A stretch of DNA of 64,000 bases, taken from IMG/VR virus record IMGVR_UViG_3300030000_000004. One strand, given 5' to 3'. Below the pieces are notes generated by a model that was given only the letters and a program-made list of their open reading frames with translations, ran no database searches and was not told the DNA's origin. Shown here piece by piece: positions 1-12,304 of the stretch; within the stretch, counting starts at the first letter, position 1, and each line of letters begins with the position of its first letter. The translations under genes and the position numbers were made by a program. Origin of the DNA: an uncultured virus (IMG/VR IMGVR_UViG_3300030000_000004). Taxonomy: Duplodnaviria; Heunggongvirae; Uroviricota; Caudoviricetes.

Positions 1-46
1 TCCTGAAATATCTGAAGATAGCGACGATTAAAACAAAGGACTGAAA

Positions 47-391
47 ATGGAAGATTTAACACACGCAGGTGATAATGTCACCATGATGCAGACAATAAAT
101 AGTCTGAAAAAATTACTTGCTGATGCACGATTGGGGCAAAGTAGATGGCAAGTGACATTTGAAGTGTCAGTGGTACAACCTGTTAGGGACATAAAGATTG
201 TTGCTAAGAAGCTTGATGGATCTGGAGTAATTAAAACAGTTTCTTATCAGGATGTCCTATACTACAAAGATGATCCTTCAACACTTTTACAAATTATCAT
301 TGAACAGATGTATGTTGCTCTCATCAAACAGGAATTGATCAATGAATTGGGTCCTAAATTAACACAGGCAATACGTAATTGTATTGGATAA
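47..391 (+). CDS. hypothetical protein
   Basis: 114-aa ORF; AAGGA upstream of ATG; overlaps next gene. Confidence 0.7.
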   Translation: MEDLTHAGDNVTMMQTINSLKKLLADARLGQSRWQVTFEVSVVQPVRDIKIVAKKLDGSGVIKTVSYQDVLYYKDDPSTLLQIIIEQMYVALIKQELINELGPKLTQAIRNCIG

Positions 392-698
392 AATTATGAA
401 ATCAAAATTTTTAATATGGCTTCAAGAGAAGTTAGCAAATTTGTCAGATGCTCCATGGGCATGTTTTGAAACGACTGGAGTAGATGGTGAAGGTCGTATT
501 GGTTGGTCGATGCGCTGGAATAAAGCATTCATCGCTCAGCTGAATGCAAGAGGGTATCAATCAACAAGCGATGAAGAAACTGTCCAAACGTTTTTTATTG
601 GTTGTCAAATGCTTCCTGAATCACTTTATGGTGAGGAAATAGTTAACCCAGCTGCTACACCAAATCTTTCAAATGAAGCAAACATCCTTAAGAGATAA
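384..698 (+). CDS. hypothetical protein
   Basis: 104-aa ORF in a tightly packed operon; real start may be the ATG a few codons downstream. Confidence 0.7.
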   Translation: MDKIMKSKFLIWLQEKLANLSDAPWACFETTGVDGEGRIGWSMRWNKAFIAQLNARGYQSTSDEETVQTFFIGCQMLPESLYGEEIVNPAATPNLSNEANILKR

Positions 699-700
699 TC

Positions 701-892
701 ATGATAGTAGATTTGTCCTACCTACAAGGTGTGTTAAAATATAGAAAAATGGTCAATGACGAACCACTTGATAAAATTACATGGATCAAAAATGGAAAAG
801 AAGTGGTTATTGATAAAGCATCTTTAGATGAATGGAAATTTATTGGTTTAAATAATGTTACATTTGCTGAAGAATATTTACTAGAGGATTAA
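701..892 (+). CDS. hypothetical protein
   Basis: 63-aa ORF exactly filling the gap between its neighbours. Confidence 0.6.
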   Translation: MIVDLSYLQGVLKYRKMVNDEPLDKITWIKNGKEVVIDKASLDEWKFIGLNNVTFAEEYLLED

Positions 893-897
893 AATAA

Positions 898-1878
898 ATG
901 AAAAGAATGGTCGTTGACACGTCTAATTTGTTGTTTCGAGTTGCTGCGGCTCGTGGCAAGTACAATAATACAGGGACACCTGAAGAACAAGCTGGACTAG
1001 CAATGCATATTTCACTGCAAAGTTTGAATAAGTTCTACAAGCAGTTTAAACCAGACCAAGTAGCTGTCACATTCGAAGGACACATGAATTGGCGTAAGGC
1101 ATGGACTGCATCTGATAAATGTAAATCGAAAAAAATCTATAAAGCCAATAGAATAAAAGATTCATCAATGGAACCATTCTTCGAATTGATGAAGTCATTT
1201 GAGGATTTGGTTCGTAAGCATTCTTCACTAGTATGTTTATCTCACCCCATGTTAGAAGGTGATGATGTATTTGCGGGATACGTAACTAAATACTGTGAAG
1301 AAGGCGATGAAGTCATTGGTGTTTCTGGTGATAAGGATTTCGTACAACTCCTTAAGCACAAAAACTTTACCCTGATTAATCCTGACAAAGGCAAACCAAG
1401 AACACTTATTGATGTGTGTGGGGTTGACGATGCAGATTACTTCATGTTTGAAAAAGCATTTCGTGGTGATAAGGGTGATAATGTCTTCCCAGCATATCCA
1501 AGAGTTCAAGCAAAACGACTTCAAAAAGCAATGTCCGATGAATACGAACTCACAAAGATAATGAATGAAACTTGGGACTTTATTGATCCTGAAACTCAAG
1601 AAAAAACAACTTATCTTGTTAGAGAATTATTTGAAGAAAATAACATTCTAATGAATTTGGAATATCAGCCTGATCATATTAAAGCGATCATCAAAGAAAC
1701 TATTGAATCAGCTCAACATGAAACTGGTAAATTTTCATTCTTTGAATTTACAAAATTCTGTGGAAAGTTTGATCTAAAACAAATTGCTGAAAATGGACAA
1801 CAGTTTGCTGACCTATTTAATGCATCACCAGAACGTGCAGCTCAAAAGGCTTTGAAGAAAAGCATATTGTCATTTTAA
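898..1878 (+). CDS. rnh: RNase H / 5'-3' flap exonuclease (T4 Rnh-like)
   Basis: Motifs VVDTSNL, YKANR, EGDDV, SGDKDFVQL, GDKGDNV. Confidence 0.9.
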   Translation: MKRMVVDTSNLLFRVAAARGKYNNTGTPEEQAGLAMHISLQSLNKFYKQFKPDQVAVTFEGHMNWRKAWTASDKCKSKKIYKANRIKDSSMEPFFELMKSFEDLVRKHSSLVCLSHPMLEGDDVFAGYVTKYCEEGDEVIGVSGDKDFVQLLKHKNFTLINPDKGKPRTLIDVCGVDDADYFMFEKAFRGDKGDNVFPAYPRVQAKRLQKAMSDEYELTKIMNETWDFIDPETQEKTTYLVRELFEENNILMNLEYQPDHIKAIIKETIESAQHETGKFSFFEFTKFCGKFDLKQIAENGQQFADLFNASPERAAQKALKKSILSF

Positions 1879-1908
1879 TCACAACCTGAATATTTACGTC
1901 AGGATAAC

Positions 1909-1916
1909 TATAAATA
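1909..1916 (+). promoter_or_regulatory. T4-type late promoter
   Basis: TATAAATA in the intergenic region upstream of ORF 1991. Confidence 0.75.
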
Positions 1917-1990
1917 TTGTATGTCGATAAGACATTTCAGGGTTTATTTAAAACGTTTACGTTATCCCACAATATTTACAGGAGATTCAC

Positions 1991-2428
1991 ATGGCAGTAG
2001 CAAAAGACACAATCGAATTAACACCAACGACTTTCCCTCACATCTTCCGCTGTGACATTGATGATAGCGGTTTATTGAAGGAAATTCTTCTTGTTAAGAA
2101 ATTTACAGATGGTACCATCTATTATGTAGAAATTGGTACTCTTCACAACATCGATAAAGCACGTATCAAGAAGATCGTGACTTCACAACATGCAACAAAA
2201 TATGAAGCATGGGAATTGTTGTCTCAGTCGAAATTGTCAAATGGTATGAATGCTCTTGACTTCTTCCATAGCAACAACGTTAAGTCTAAGAGACCTAAGG
2301 GTGCTAATGCAAGTGTTACTGGTGGATTGGAAACTGTTCAAGCTTATAGTTCAGATAATATTATCGGATCAGAATTTGTTAACCCAGCCGAAGCAACATT
2401 GGACCAAAACTCCAAACAGTTCATGTAA
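1991..2428 (+). CDS. hypothetical late protein
   Basis: 145-aa ORF with AGGAG RBS, its own late promoter and a downstream terminator. Confidence 0.75.
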   Translation: MAVAKDTIELTPTTFPHIFRCDIDDSGLLKEILLVKKFTDGTIYYVEIGTLHNIDKARIKKIVTSQHATKYEAWELLSQSKLSNGMNALDFFHSNNVKSKRPKGANASVTGGLETVQAYSSDNIIGSEFVNPAEATLDQNSKQFM

Positions 2429-2446
2429 GATAAATAGAACTTCAGG

Positions 2447-2478
2447 AAACTGGGTCCATATGGACCCAGTTTTATTTT
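2447..2478 (+). terminator. intrinsic terminator
   Basis: Perfect 26-bp palindrome AAACTGGGTCCATATGGACCCAGTTT followed by a T-rich tract. Confidence 0.75.
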
Positions 2479-2564
2479 AACTAACTTGGATATATAATAA
2501 ATGTAAGAGCTGCTATCTATTGTAGGAAGTATGCCAACCCTTAAATAAGGAAGGAATAGCCACA

Positions 2565-3191
2565 ATGGCAACTAAATCAAATTTTTTAAACTCTATCTTT
2601 TTAATCGTAGCATTATCTATACCACTATCGTTGGGTACCAGTAATATCAACTACACACATTATGACTCTCAAGAAGATCATGTTGATCAGCAACCTAAAA
2701 GACCAAAGATCACAAAATCGATAAGTCAATATCAAAAGAATCTATTAGCATTAGCAAAAAAATTAAATATCGTAAATGATTTACCACCAGGTACCATGCA
2801 AGGTATCATTTGGCAAGAATCAAAGGCTGGTGGGCATTTTAAAGATGTAGATAAAGTAGAAACACAACGTCACGCTATATTTTTCGGTGCAGCACAGGTC
2901 AGTTTGGTCGCAGCACAAGATGTGTTGAATAGATGGCCACAACTTAGAGAGCAGTTTAACATATCATCGAAATATGATATAAAAGAACAACTCATATTAA
3001 ATGACGTGTTCAATTTAACCATTGCAGGTAAATATTTGACATTGATGAAATCTTATGGATTCTCAACCCTTAATGAATTAGCACTTGCTTATAATAGGGG
3101 TCCAGAAGGAGCAAAAAGATATGATCCTGAAACACACCCATATGCTACAAGTGTAGCCAATCATGCAGAATTTTTAAAACAAATTGATTAA
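2565..3191 (+). CDS. SLT-like lytic transglycosylase with N-terminal hydrophobic segment
   Basis: IIWQES (catalytic Glu), GAAQV, ALAYNRGP; hydrophobic N-terminus. Confidence 0.75.
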   Translation: MATKSNFLNSIFLIVALSIPLSLGTSNINYTHYDSQEDHVDQQPKRPKITKSISQYQKNLLALAKKLNIVNDLPPGTMQGIIWQESKAGGHFKDVDKVETQRHAIFFGAAQVSLVAAQDVLNRWPQLREQFNISSKYDIKEQLILNDVFNLTIAGKYLTLMKSYGFSTLNELALAYNRGPEGAKRYDPETHPYATSVANHAEFLKQID

Positions 3192-4170
3192 AACAAAAAC
3201 ATTAGAAGAGCTGATTCTAGAAAAAATACCTGGTGGGTTTTTTGACGTTAGAGGTTTTTATTGTCTCAAATGTCAATGCTGCCATGATTATAAAGTTAGA
3301 GCAGGTTTCAAATTTGACAACGGTAAAGTGGGATACAATTGTTGGAATTGTGGTAGCTCTGCACAGTATGAAGAATTATCCAATAAGATGTCAAACAAAA
3401 TGCGAGACATCCTTCATGCTTTCAATGTCGAAAAAGATGAAATAAACGAAGTTATCAATAGTGGTTTTTTTAGTAAGGATAAAGATGAAGCGACAATATC
3501 ACTTGCATCAATCAATAAAATAAACACTAAGACTCCCGAAGTAACATTTCCAGCAGAAACATTTAGACTTGGTAATTCAGAACAAGATGAAGATACACAG
3601 ATTGACATAATCGAATATTTAGATGATAGAAAGGTTGACGTCACAAAGTATCCATTTTATTACAGTCTTCTGAAAGAATACGAAAATAGAGTAATTATTC
3701 CATTCTATAGAGATGGTAAACTTATTTTTTGGCAAGCACGTTCATTAGTAGATGATCCTAATATCAAGCGATATCTTAATTCTGTTGGTGGTCGGGAAGC
3801 GGTAATGTTCAACATGGATAAGTTGAATTCATATTCGAACTTGCCACTATTAGTTTCAGAAGGTGTATTCGATGCAATGATGTTTGACGGGATTGCGATA
3901 CTTGGAAGCAAATTGAATGATGCTAAAATTAAACTGCTTCATACTTCAAATCGTGAACTTATTTTCGTAATAGACAAAGATAACAATGGTAGGCATTTAG
4001 CTGAACAAGTCCTTAATGAAGGGTGGAAAATAAGTTTCACCGAAAATGGTACAACAGATTTAAATAATAGCGTCATACGATTTGGTAAAACATGGACAGC
4101 ATATCATCTTATGAAAAATATCCCTAAGACTACTGATGATGCGCTGTTAGCAATTAAAATAAATACATAA
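3184..4170 (+). CDS. gp61: DNA primase (T4 gp61-like)
   Basis: Zn-binding CQCCHD...YNCWNCG; RVIIPF; TOPRIM motifs VSEGVFDAM and IDKDNNG; TTG start. Confidence 0.88.
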   Translation: MIKTKTLEELILEKIPGGFFDVRGFYCLKCQCCHDYKVRAGFKFDNGKVGYNCWNCGSSAQYEELSNKMSNKMRDILHAFNVEKDEINEVINSGFFSKDKDEATISLASINKINTKTPEVTFPAETFRLGNSEQDEDTQIDIIEYLDDRKVDVTKYPFYYSLLKEYENRVIIPFYRDGKLIFWQARSLVDDPNIKRYLNSVGGREAVMFNMDKLNSYSNLPLLVSEGVFDAMMFDGIAILGSKLNDAKIKLLHTSNRELIFVIDKDNNGRHLAEQVLNEGWKISFTENGTTDLNNSVIRFGKTWTAYHLMKNIPKTTDDALLAIKINT

Positions 4171-4192
4171 TACAAAACAAAGAGGAATTAAG

Positions 4193-5515
4193 TTGGATAC
4201 ATTAAAACAGAAATTAGTATTAAGTTGTTTGGTTGCCAATAGGGACTTAATGGCTATCACAAATGGTATCATAAAGCCTTCATATTTCGATCCATCATTA
4301 AAAAAATCAGTAAAATTTATCCAGACATACTTTGAAAAGTATAAGGATGTTCCAAAGTTTCAAACGATTCAAGCAGAAACTGGATTGATGTTAGATGATG
4401 TAGGTAAGGTTGAAAAAAGTGATATGACATATATCGCTGAAGAAGTGGAAACTTTCTGTCGAAATAGAGCAATGACAGAAGCAATTTTAAGTGGACCTGA
4501 GCTTCTTGAAAAAAATGATTTTGGTACGATTCTTCTAAATCTCAAAAATGCAATCTCAATAGGATTACAGAAAGATTTAGGTATTGATTATTTTAAGGAT
4601 CCAGAAGAAAGACTTAGGAGAACATTAGATTCAGCAAAACGTATTTCAACTGGGATACCTGAACTTGATGAGGCAATTGGTGGGTTAGCAAGACAGGAAC
4701 TGATACTCTTTGCTGCTAATTCTGGCGGTGGTAAATCAATGAACATGTTGAACCTATGCAAAAATCTATTAGCACAAGGATTGAACGGTGTTTACATTTC
4801 TTTAGAAATGGGTGAAGATGTTGTTTCTAAACGGTTAGACTCAATGATTTCTAAAGTTGGTCAAGATGAACTGTTTAAGGAAATTTCAAAAGTTGCTTCA
4901 CTTATTGAAAAAGCTGGTGGAACTTATGGTAAATTCAGGATCAAACGGATGCCTGAGAATAGAACAAATATTAACACCATCAATTCATGGTTACAACAGT
5001 TGATGCAGGAAGAAGGTTTCAAGCCCGATTTTATCTGTGGAGATTATTTAGATATTATGGGAACCACTATGGATATCTCATTGGATAACTTATTCATCAA
5101 AGATAAATACGTAACTGAGGAATTTAGAAGTTTGGGATTTGATTATGATGCTATTATGATTTCTGCTTCACAGCTCGGTAAGCATGCAGCAGAAGCAGAA
5201 AAAATGGTACAAGCACATATTCAAGGTGGTAGTTCTAAAATTAACACTGCAGATTATGCTATCGGTATCAAACAGGACGATTTAATGAGAGCCTCTGGTG
5301 AGATTTATTATGAAATTCTTAAGTCTCGCAATTCAAATGGGGTTGGTAAAAGAATTCTTTTAGGTTGGGACCCAATATCACTTACGATATCGTCACTTCA
5401 AAAGAACGGTGGAGGTCTACAATTACGAAAGAAACAAGTAGTTGTAGAGACACAAATGACTAACAGAGCATCCAAACAGGATTCTTTGTTAGGTTTAATG
5501 AACATACAGGAGTAA
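4193..5515 (+). CDS. gp41: replicative DNA helicase (DnaB / T4 gp41-like)
   Basis: STGIPELD, Walker A AANSGGGKS, ISLEM, DYLDIM, SASQL, KSRN; follows the primase. Confidence 0.92.
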   Translation: MDTLKQKLVLSCLVANRDLMAITNGIIKPSYFDPSLKKSVKFIQTYFEKYKDVPKFQTIQAETGLMLDDVGKVEKSDMTYIAEEVETFCRNRAMTEAILSGPELLEKNDFGTILLNLKNAISIGLQKDLGIDYFKDPEERLRRTLDSAKRISTGIPELDEAIGGLARQELILFAANSGGGKSMNMLNLCKNLLAQGLNGVYISLEMGEDVVSKRLDSMISKVGQDELFKEISKVASLIEKAGGTYGKFRIKRMPENRTNINTINSWLQQLMQEEGFKPDFICGDYLDIMGTTMDISLDNLFIKDKYVTEEFRSLGFDYDAIMISASQLGKHAAEAEKMVQAHIQGGSSKINTADYAIGIKQDDLMRASGEIYYEILKSRNSNGVGKRILLGWDPISLTISSLQKNGGGLQLRKKQVVVETQMTNRASKQDSLLGLMNIQE

Positions 5516-5520
5516 TCAGA

Positions 5521-5787
5521 ATGACGACAAAAACAATCACGTACAATGGTCAAATCTATCAGCTTGATAACTTTGATGAAAAGGTTGGACAGTTAGTTTC
5601 AATTCATGAAACTTGGAAAGCCGATGTTGTTAAGGAACGATTAGCACTCGCTAAGACTGAAGCAGCACTTCGATCACTTGAATCTGAATTAGCAGTACTA
5701 GTTGAACAACAACTAGCAGTGTGGAATACACCTAAAGTTGAACAATCGGACGAAGTTGTGGCTAAAGGTCAGCCAATCGAGCCTTAA
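5521..5787 (+). CDS. hypothetical coiled-coil protein
   Basis: 88-aa ORF with AGGAG RBS. Confidence 0.65.
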   Translation: MTTKTITYNGQIYQLDNFDEKVGQLVSIHETWKADVVKERLALAKTEAALRSLESELAVLVEQQLAVWNTPKVEQSDEVVAKGQPIEP

Positions 5788-5808
5788 TATTAGGTAAAAT
5801 ATAAAGTT

Positions 5809-5852
5809 CGGGACATCTTTTCATTTAGATGTCCCGCTTTTGTTTCTGTTTT
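5809..5852 (+). terminator. intrinsic terminator
   Basis: Stem CGGGACATCT/AGATGTCCCG followed by T tracts. Confidence 0.8.
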
Positions 5853-5853
5853 G

Positions 5854-5861
5854 TATAAATA
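5854..5861 (+). promoter_or_regulatory. T4-type late promoter
   Basis: TATAAATA 25 nt upstream of the ORF 5887 start. Confidence 0.8.
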
Positions 5862-5886
5862 GAATATTATTATTGCGCGTGTAAAT

Positions 5887-9189
<3,303 letters not shown>

Positions 9190-9200
9190 GACCCACTAGC

Positions 9201-9530
9201 TTGATAGCACCAACGTTTAGTTACAATGGTGCTGTTACAGAAGATGTGAATGATGAAGAGAAGTGGAATATAAGTTTGACCATTAATTCACTTCTCTTAA
9301 TTAAAAATGGAACTTCTATCAAAATACCAAAATCTAGGTTTGATAAATTTAGTATTATTTTGGATGAAAGAAGAAGTGGATCAATACGTAATGGTAGAAA
9401 GTCCTTCTCATTTAAACCTACCGATGATGGGTTTATGATATCTGATGATACTGGAGCTGAGGGTACATTATTACCACAGTCACAGATTGATGAAATTTTA
9501 CAATTGATAACAAATAAAGAAGATAAATAA
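9201..9530 (+). CDS. hypothetical protein; possibly a -1 frameshift extension of ORF 5887
   Basis: TTG start; frame is open back through the A AAA AAG at the end of ORF 5887. Confidence 0.65.
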   Translation: MIAPTFSYNGAVTEDVNDEEKWNISLTINSLLLIKNGTSIKIPKSRFDKFSIILDERRSGSIRNGRKSFSFKPTDDGFMISDDTGAEGTLLPQSQIDEILQLITNKEDK

Positions 9531-10217
9531 ATGAAATTTCCTTATAAGGACATCGTAGCAAGTGAATGCATGGGGTATAGGATTTATGGTACGCCAGAAA
9601 ATAATTACTATCCATCAATAACAACAGTACTAGGTAACACGGTAGGAGAAGAGAAAAAAGCAGCTCTCGAAAAATGGAGAAATTCATTAGGTCATGAAGC
9701 TGCTGATAAATTTACTCGTGAAGCAGCATCTGCTGGAACAAATGTTCACTTATTAATTGAACGATACCTTAAAAAGGAAGATCTGATTCAAGGTGATAGT
9801 TTTTCCGTTCATGAAATGAGTATGTTCAAAGCTATTAAAATGGATCTAAATAAAATCGATGAAGTGTGGGGGCAAGAAGTTCCTCTTTACTCAGATCGAT
9901 TGGGGGTTGCTGGTAGATGTGATTGTGTTGGGGTGTATAAGGGAATAAAATGTATCATAGATTTTAAGACGTCATCTCGTATCAAAAGTACGAATGATAT
10001 TGAAGATTATTATCTTCAACTCTGTGCATATGCACAGATGCATAATGAAATGTTTGGTACAAATATAAGTAATGGGATAATTCTAATGACATCTGCTGGT
10101 GGTTTTCCTCAACGATTCAGTGTTGACCTTACAGAATACATTGAAAAATTAGAAAAACGTGTAAATACTTTTTATACACAAATAAATATGAAATTAAATA
10201 CAGAGGAAACAAAATGA
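9531..10217 (+). CDS. PD-(D/E)XK exonuclease
   Basis: YPSITTVL, GTNVH, EVPL, AGRCD, IIDFKTS, QLCAYA. Confidence 0.88.
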   Translation: MKFPYKDIVASECMGYRIYGTPENNYYPSITTVLGNTVGEEKKAALEKWRNSLGHEAADKFTREAASAGTNVHLLIERYLKKEDLIQGDSFSVHEMSMFKAIKMDLNKIDEVWGQEVPLYSDRLGVAGRCDCVGVYKGIKCIIDFKTSSRIKSTNDIEDYYLQLCAYAQMHNEMFGTNISNGIILMTSAGGFPQRFSVDLTEYIEKLEKRVNTFYTQINMKLNTEETK

Positions 10218-10822
10218 GCATTATTTTAACTTCAACTAATACTCTTGATGTCACGTTGATCGGTAAACTTTCTGAACTATTAGAGGCTTTTGGTTTTTCA
10301 GTAGTGACAGAAACAAATGACGTTATCATTTTTGATGTCATTCCAGTTGACACACACCTTGATTTAAGCGCGCCAGATATTCAAGACATTGAACAGACGG
10401 TTGTTATTCCTGAACCAGAATTCACAGTGCCTACTGAACCAGAATTTACTGCTTCGCTTGAAATTCCTGTAGTCAATCTTGAACCAGTGATTGACCCTAC
10501 TGAGATTCTCCCATTAGCTCTACCAAATGTCATCATCAAATCTCTTTATTGTGCAACTAGCATAAAATGCTCAATCGATGATTCATCAGACTTTAGTGTG
10601 TTGAGATGTAAAAATCCAATGATTGAAAAGAGACCAGATGGATTTAGCATTTTTGGTATAGGAAATGATGTATATAAATACCCAACGTCACAACAAGGTG
10701 GTATATTAGTCACATTACATTGTGGTGATCGGGAATTTGATTTAATTCTTAAATTAGCACATACCGATGGTGAAGAAGAAGTGGTCATTGGACAGAATGA
10801 CAAGCACTGTGTTACGGATTGA
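10214..10822 (+). CDS. hypothetical protein with acidic/Pro-rich linker and possible degenerate retropepsin-like C-terminal domain
   Basis: CSIDDSSDFSVL...EVVIGQN pattern. Confidence 0.55.
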   Translation: MSIILTSTNTLDVTLIGKLSELLEAFGFSVVTETNDVIIFDVIPVDTHLDLSAPDIQDIEQTVVIPEPEFTVPTEPEFTASLEIPVVNLEPVIDPTEILPLALPNVIIKSLYCATSIKCSIDDSSDFSVLRCKNPMIEKRPDGFSIFGIGNDVYKYPTSQQGGILVTLHCGDREFDLILKLAHTDGEEEVVIGQNDKHCVTD

Positions 10823-11535
10823 TCATGATAAAATACCAAAAGAATAATATCGTATTTAGAATTGCATCGGCGCAAGCGATTTCAACCTTTAAGAGTGATC
10901 AAGCGGCATCATTTCTTCAGTTGACTCGCAAAGAATTATCATTCAATGATATTTCAAAAGAATCGGTGTTGCTCGAATACGATAGATTTTTCCAATGGAT
11001 AATGAAAATTGAACGATTATGTTTAGTTTCTGGTCAGAGCCATTTTACACCTCAATTGATAGCGACAGTTTTTGAATATTTTGATGAGGAAATATTTGCT
11101 ATTGAAAATATAATGGATAGTTATCCAGATGTGTTTCCTCAAACAGCAAGAAACTTTTCAAAATTGTTACATGGGATGGCTAGAAATATCATCAGTGCTA
11201 AATTAAATCATGGAGAAGGAGAGCGTTTAGATACCTTCTACATCTTGATAGTAAAACTTATTTCAGAATATTTGTATTTTACATTGTTGTCTTTCCACGA
11301 ATTTAATAACAATGTTCTGTCAGATGAACCATTAGCTTTCCTATGCTTGTCTGATTTCGGTAATGATTCTGAAACTTGTTTCGATTTAGAAATGAAACGT
11401 TTAAGTTTCTTTAAAGAATGTGGAAGAAAGAATTTCACTGTTAAAAATTATTCAAGTGACCCATCACTTACATCTTCAATCATTAGACAGATAACAGTGC
11501 CAGATGTAACGTTTATTCCAGAAGAAATAAGTTAA
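10819..11535 (+). CDS. hypothetical protein
   Basis: 238-aa ORF coupled to the upstream gene. Confidence 0.7.
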   Translation: MIMIKYQKNNIVFRIASAQAISTFKSDQAASFLQLTRKELSFNDISKESVLLEYDRFFQWIMKIERLCLVSGQSHFTPQLIATVFEYFDEEIFAIENIMDSYPDVFPQTARNFSKLLHGMARNIISAKLNHGEGERLDTFYILIVKLISEYLYFTLLSFHEFNNNVLSDEPLAFLCLSDFGNDSETCFDLEMKRLSFFKECGRKNFTVKNYSSDPSLTSSIIRQITVPDVTFIPEEIS

Positions 11536-11591
11536 AATTCCCTGCAATACGATAAATATACTGTATCAATCAGTAGGCGAATCGAATTAAC

Positions 11592-12293
11592 ATGGATATG
11601 GATATACTTATAAATTTTTTGAAACCATTAATTACATCATTATCCCCAACATCATTTTTAGGGTTAATATCTTTACTGGCGCTTACAGTTTTACTTACTT
11701 TGAAAATAATGAGCAAAATACCTAAATCAAGTGACTCTTCTGGAATGTTTTCTTTTATGACTGGCCAAGCAGATGCTGAAATAGGTGAAGAAGAAAACAT
11801 GATAAGTTTACAGAAAAAGTTGGATATGTTGATACTAACAATCGATACATTAACGACGAATCAAAAATTTGAATACCAAACTGAAAAAATTATTCAAGGT
11901 CTCAATGGTCTTAAAACTGAAACACAAAATACTTTAGAAACATTAGATGATCATGATAGCAGAGTTTCTGGTATTCAGAAACAGGTAGACGAGATAGTAA
12001 AACAAATAAATAATGAATTCAATGAAATAAAGATGCAATTAAAGATGCAGACTCAACAGCAACATCAAGATATTGAAGCTGCTAAAGAGCTTCAACAACG
12101 TATGCATGGTATCATTTCTAGAACAATTTCACAAGTAGAAAAAGTCGATGAATTTATTAGAACCACTGTACCAGAATTCAGAAGTTACAATAAAGATGTA
12201 ATCAAAGATTTAGCTGATCTGTCAACAGAAGTAGCATTAATTGAACGCAACATACAGAATTATATAACAGTACGCAATACACATCTTAGATAA
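11592..12293 (+). CDS. membrane-anchored coiled-coil protein
   Basis: N-terminal TM segment FLGLISLLALTVLLTL, then long heptad-rich helices; GATAAATA promoter variant at about 11551. Confidence 0.7.
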   Translation: MDMDILINFLKPLITSLSPTSFLGLISLLALTVLLTLKIMSKIPKSSDSSGMFSFMTGQADAEIGEEENMISLQKKLDMLILTIDTLTTNQKFEYQTEKIIQGLNGLKTETQNTLETLDDHDSRVSGIQKQVDEIVKQINNEFNEIKMQLKMQTQQQHQDIEAAKELQQRMHGIISRTISQVEKVDEFIRTTVPEFRSYNKDVIKDLADLSTEVALIERNIQNYITVRNTHLR

Positions 12294-12304
12294 ATTAAAA
12301 TCAT

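Noticed and set aside
4193..5515. Intein or intron in the helicase (also considered for gp46, portal and capsid)
   Set aside because: Lengths are normal and motifs contiguous; no splice-junction or homing-endonuclease motifs
9531..10217. Cas4 / CRISPR adaptation role for the PD-(D/E)XK nuclease
   Set aside because: No C-terminal Fe-S cysteine cluster, other cas genes or array; matches an ordinary phage exonuclease
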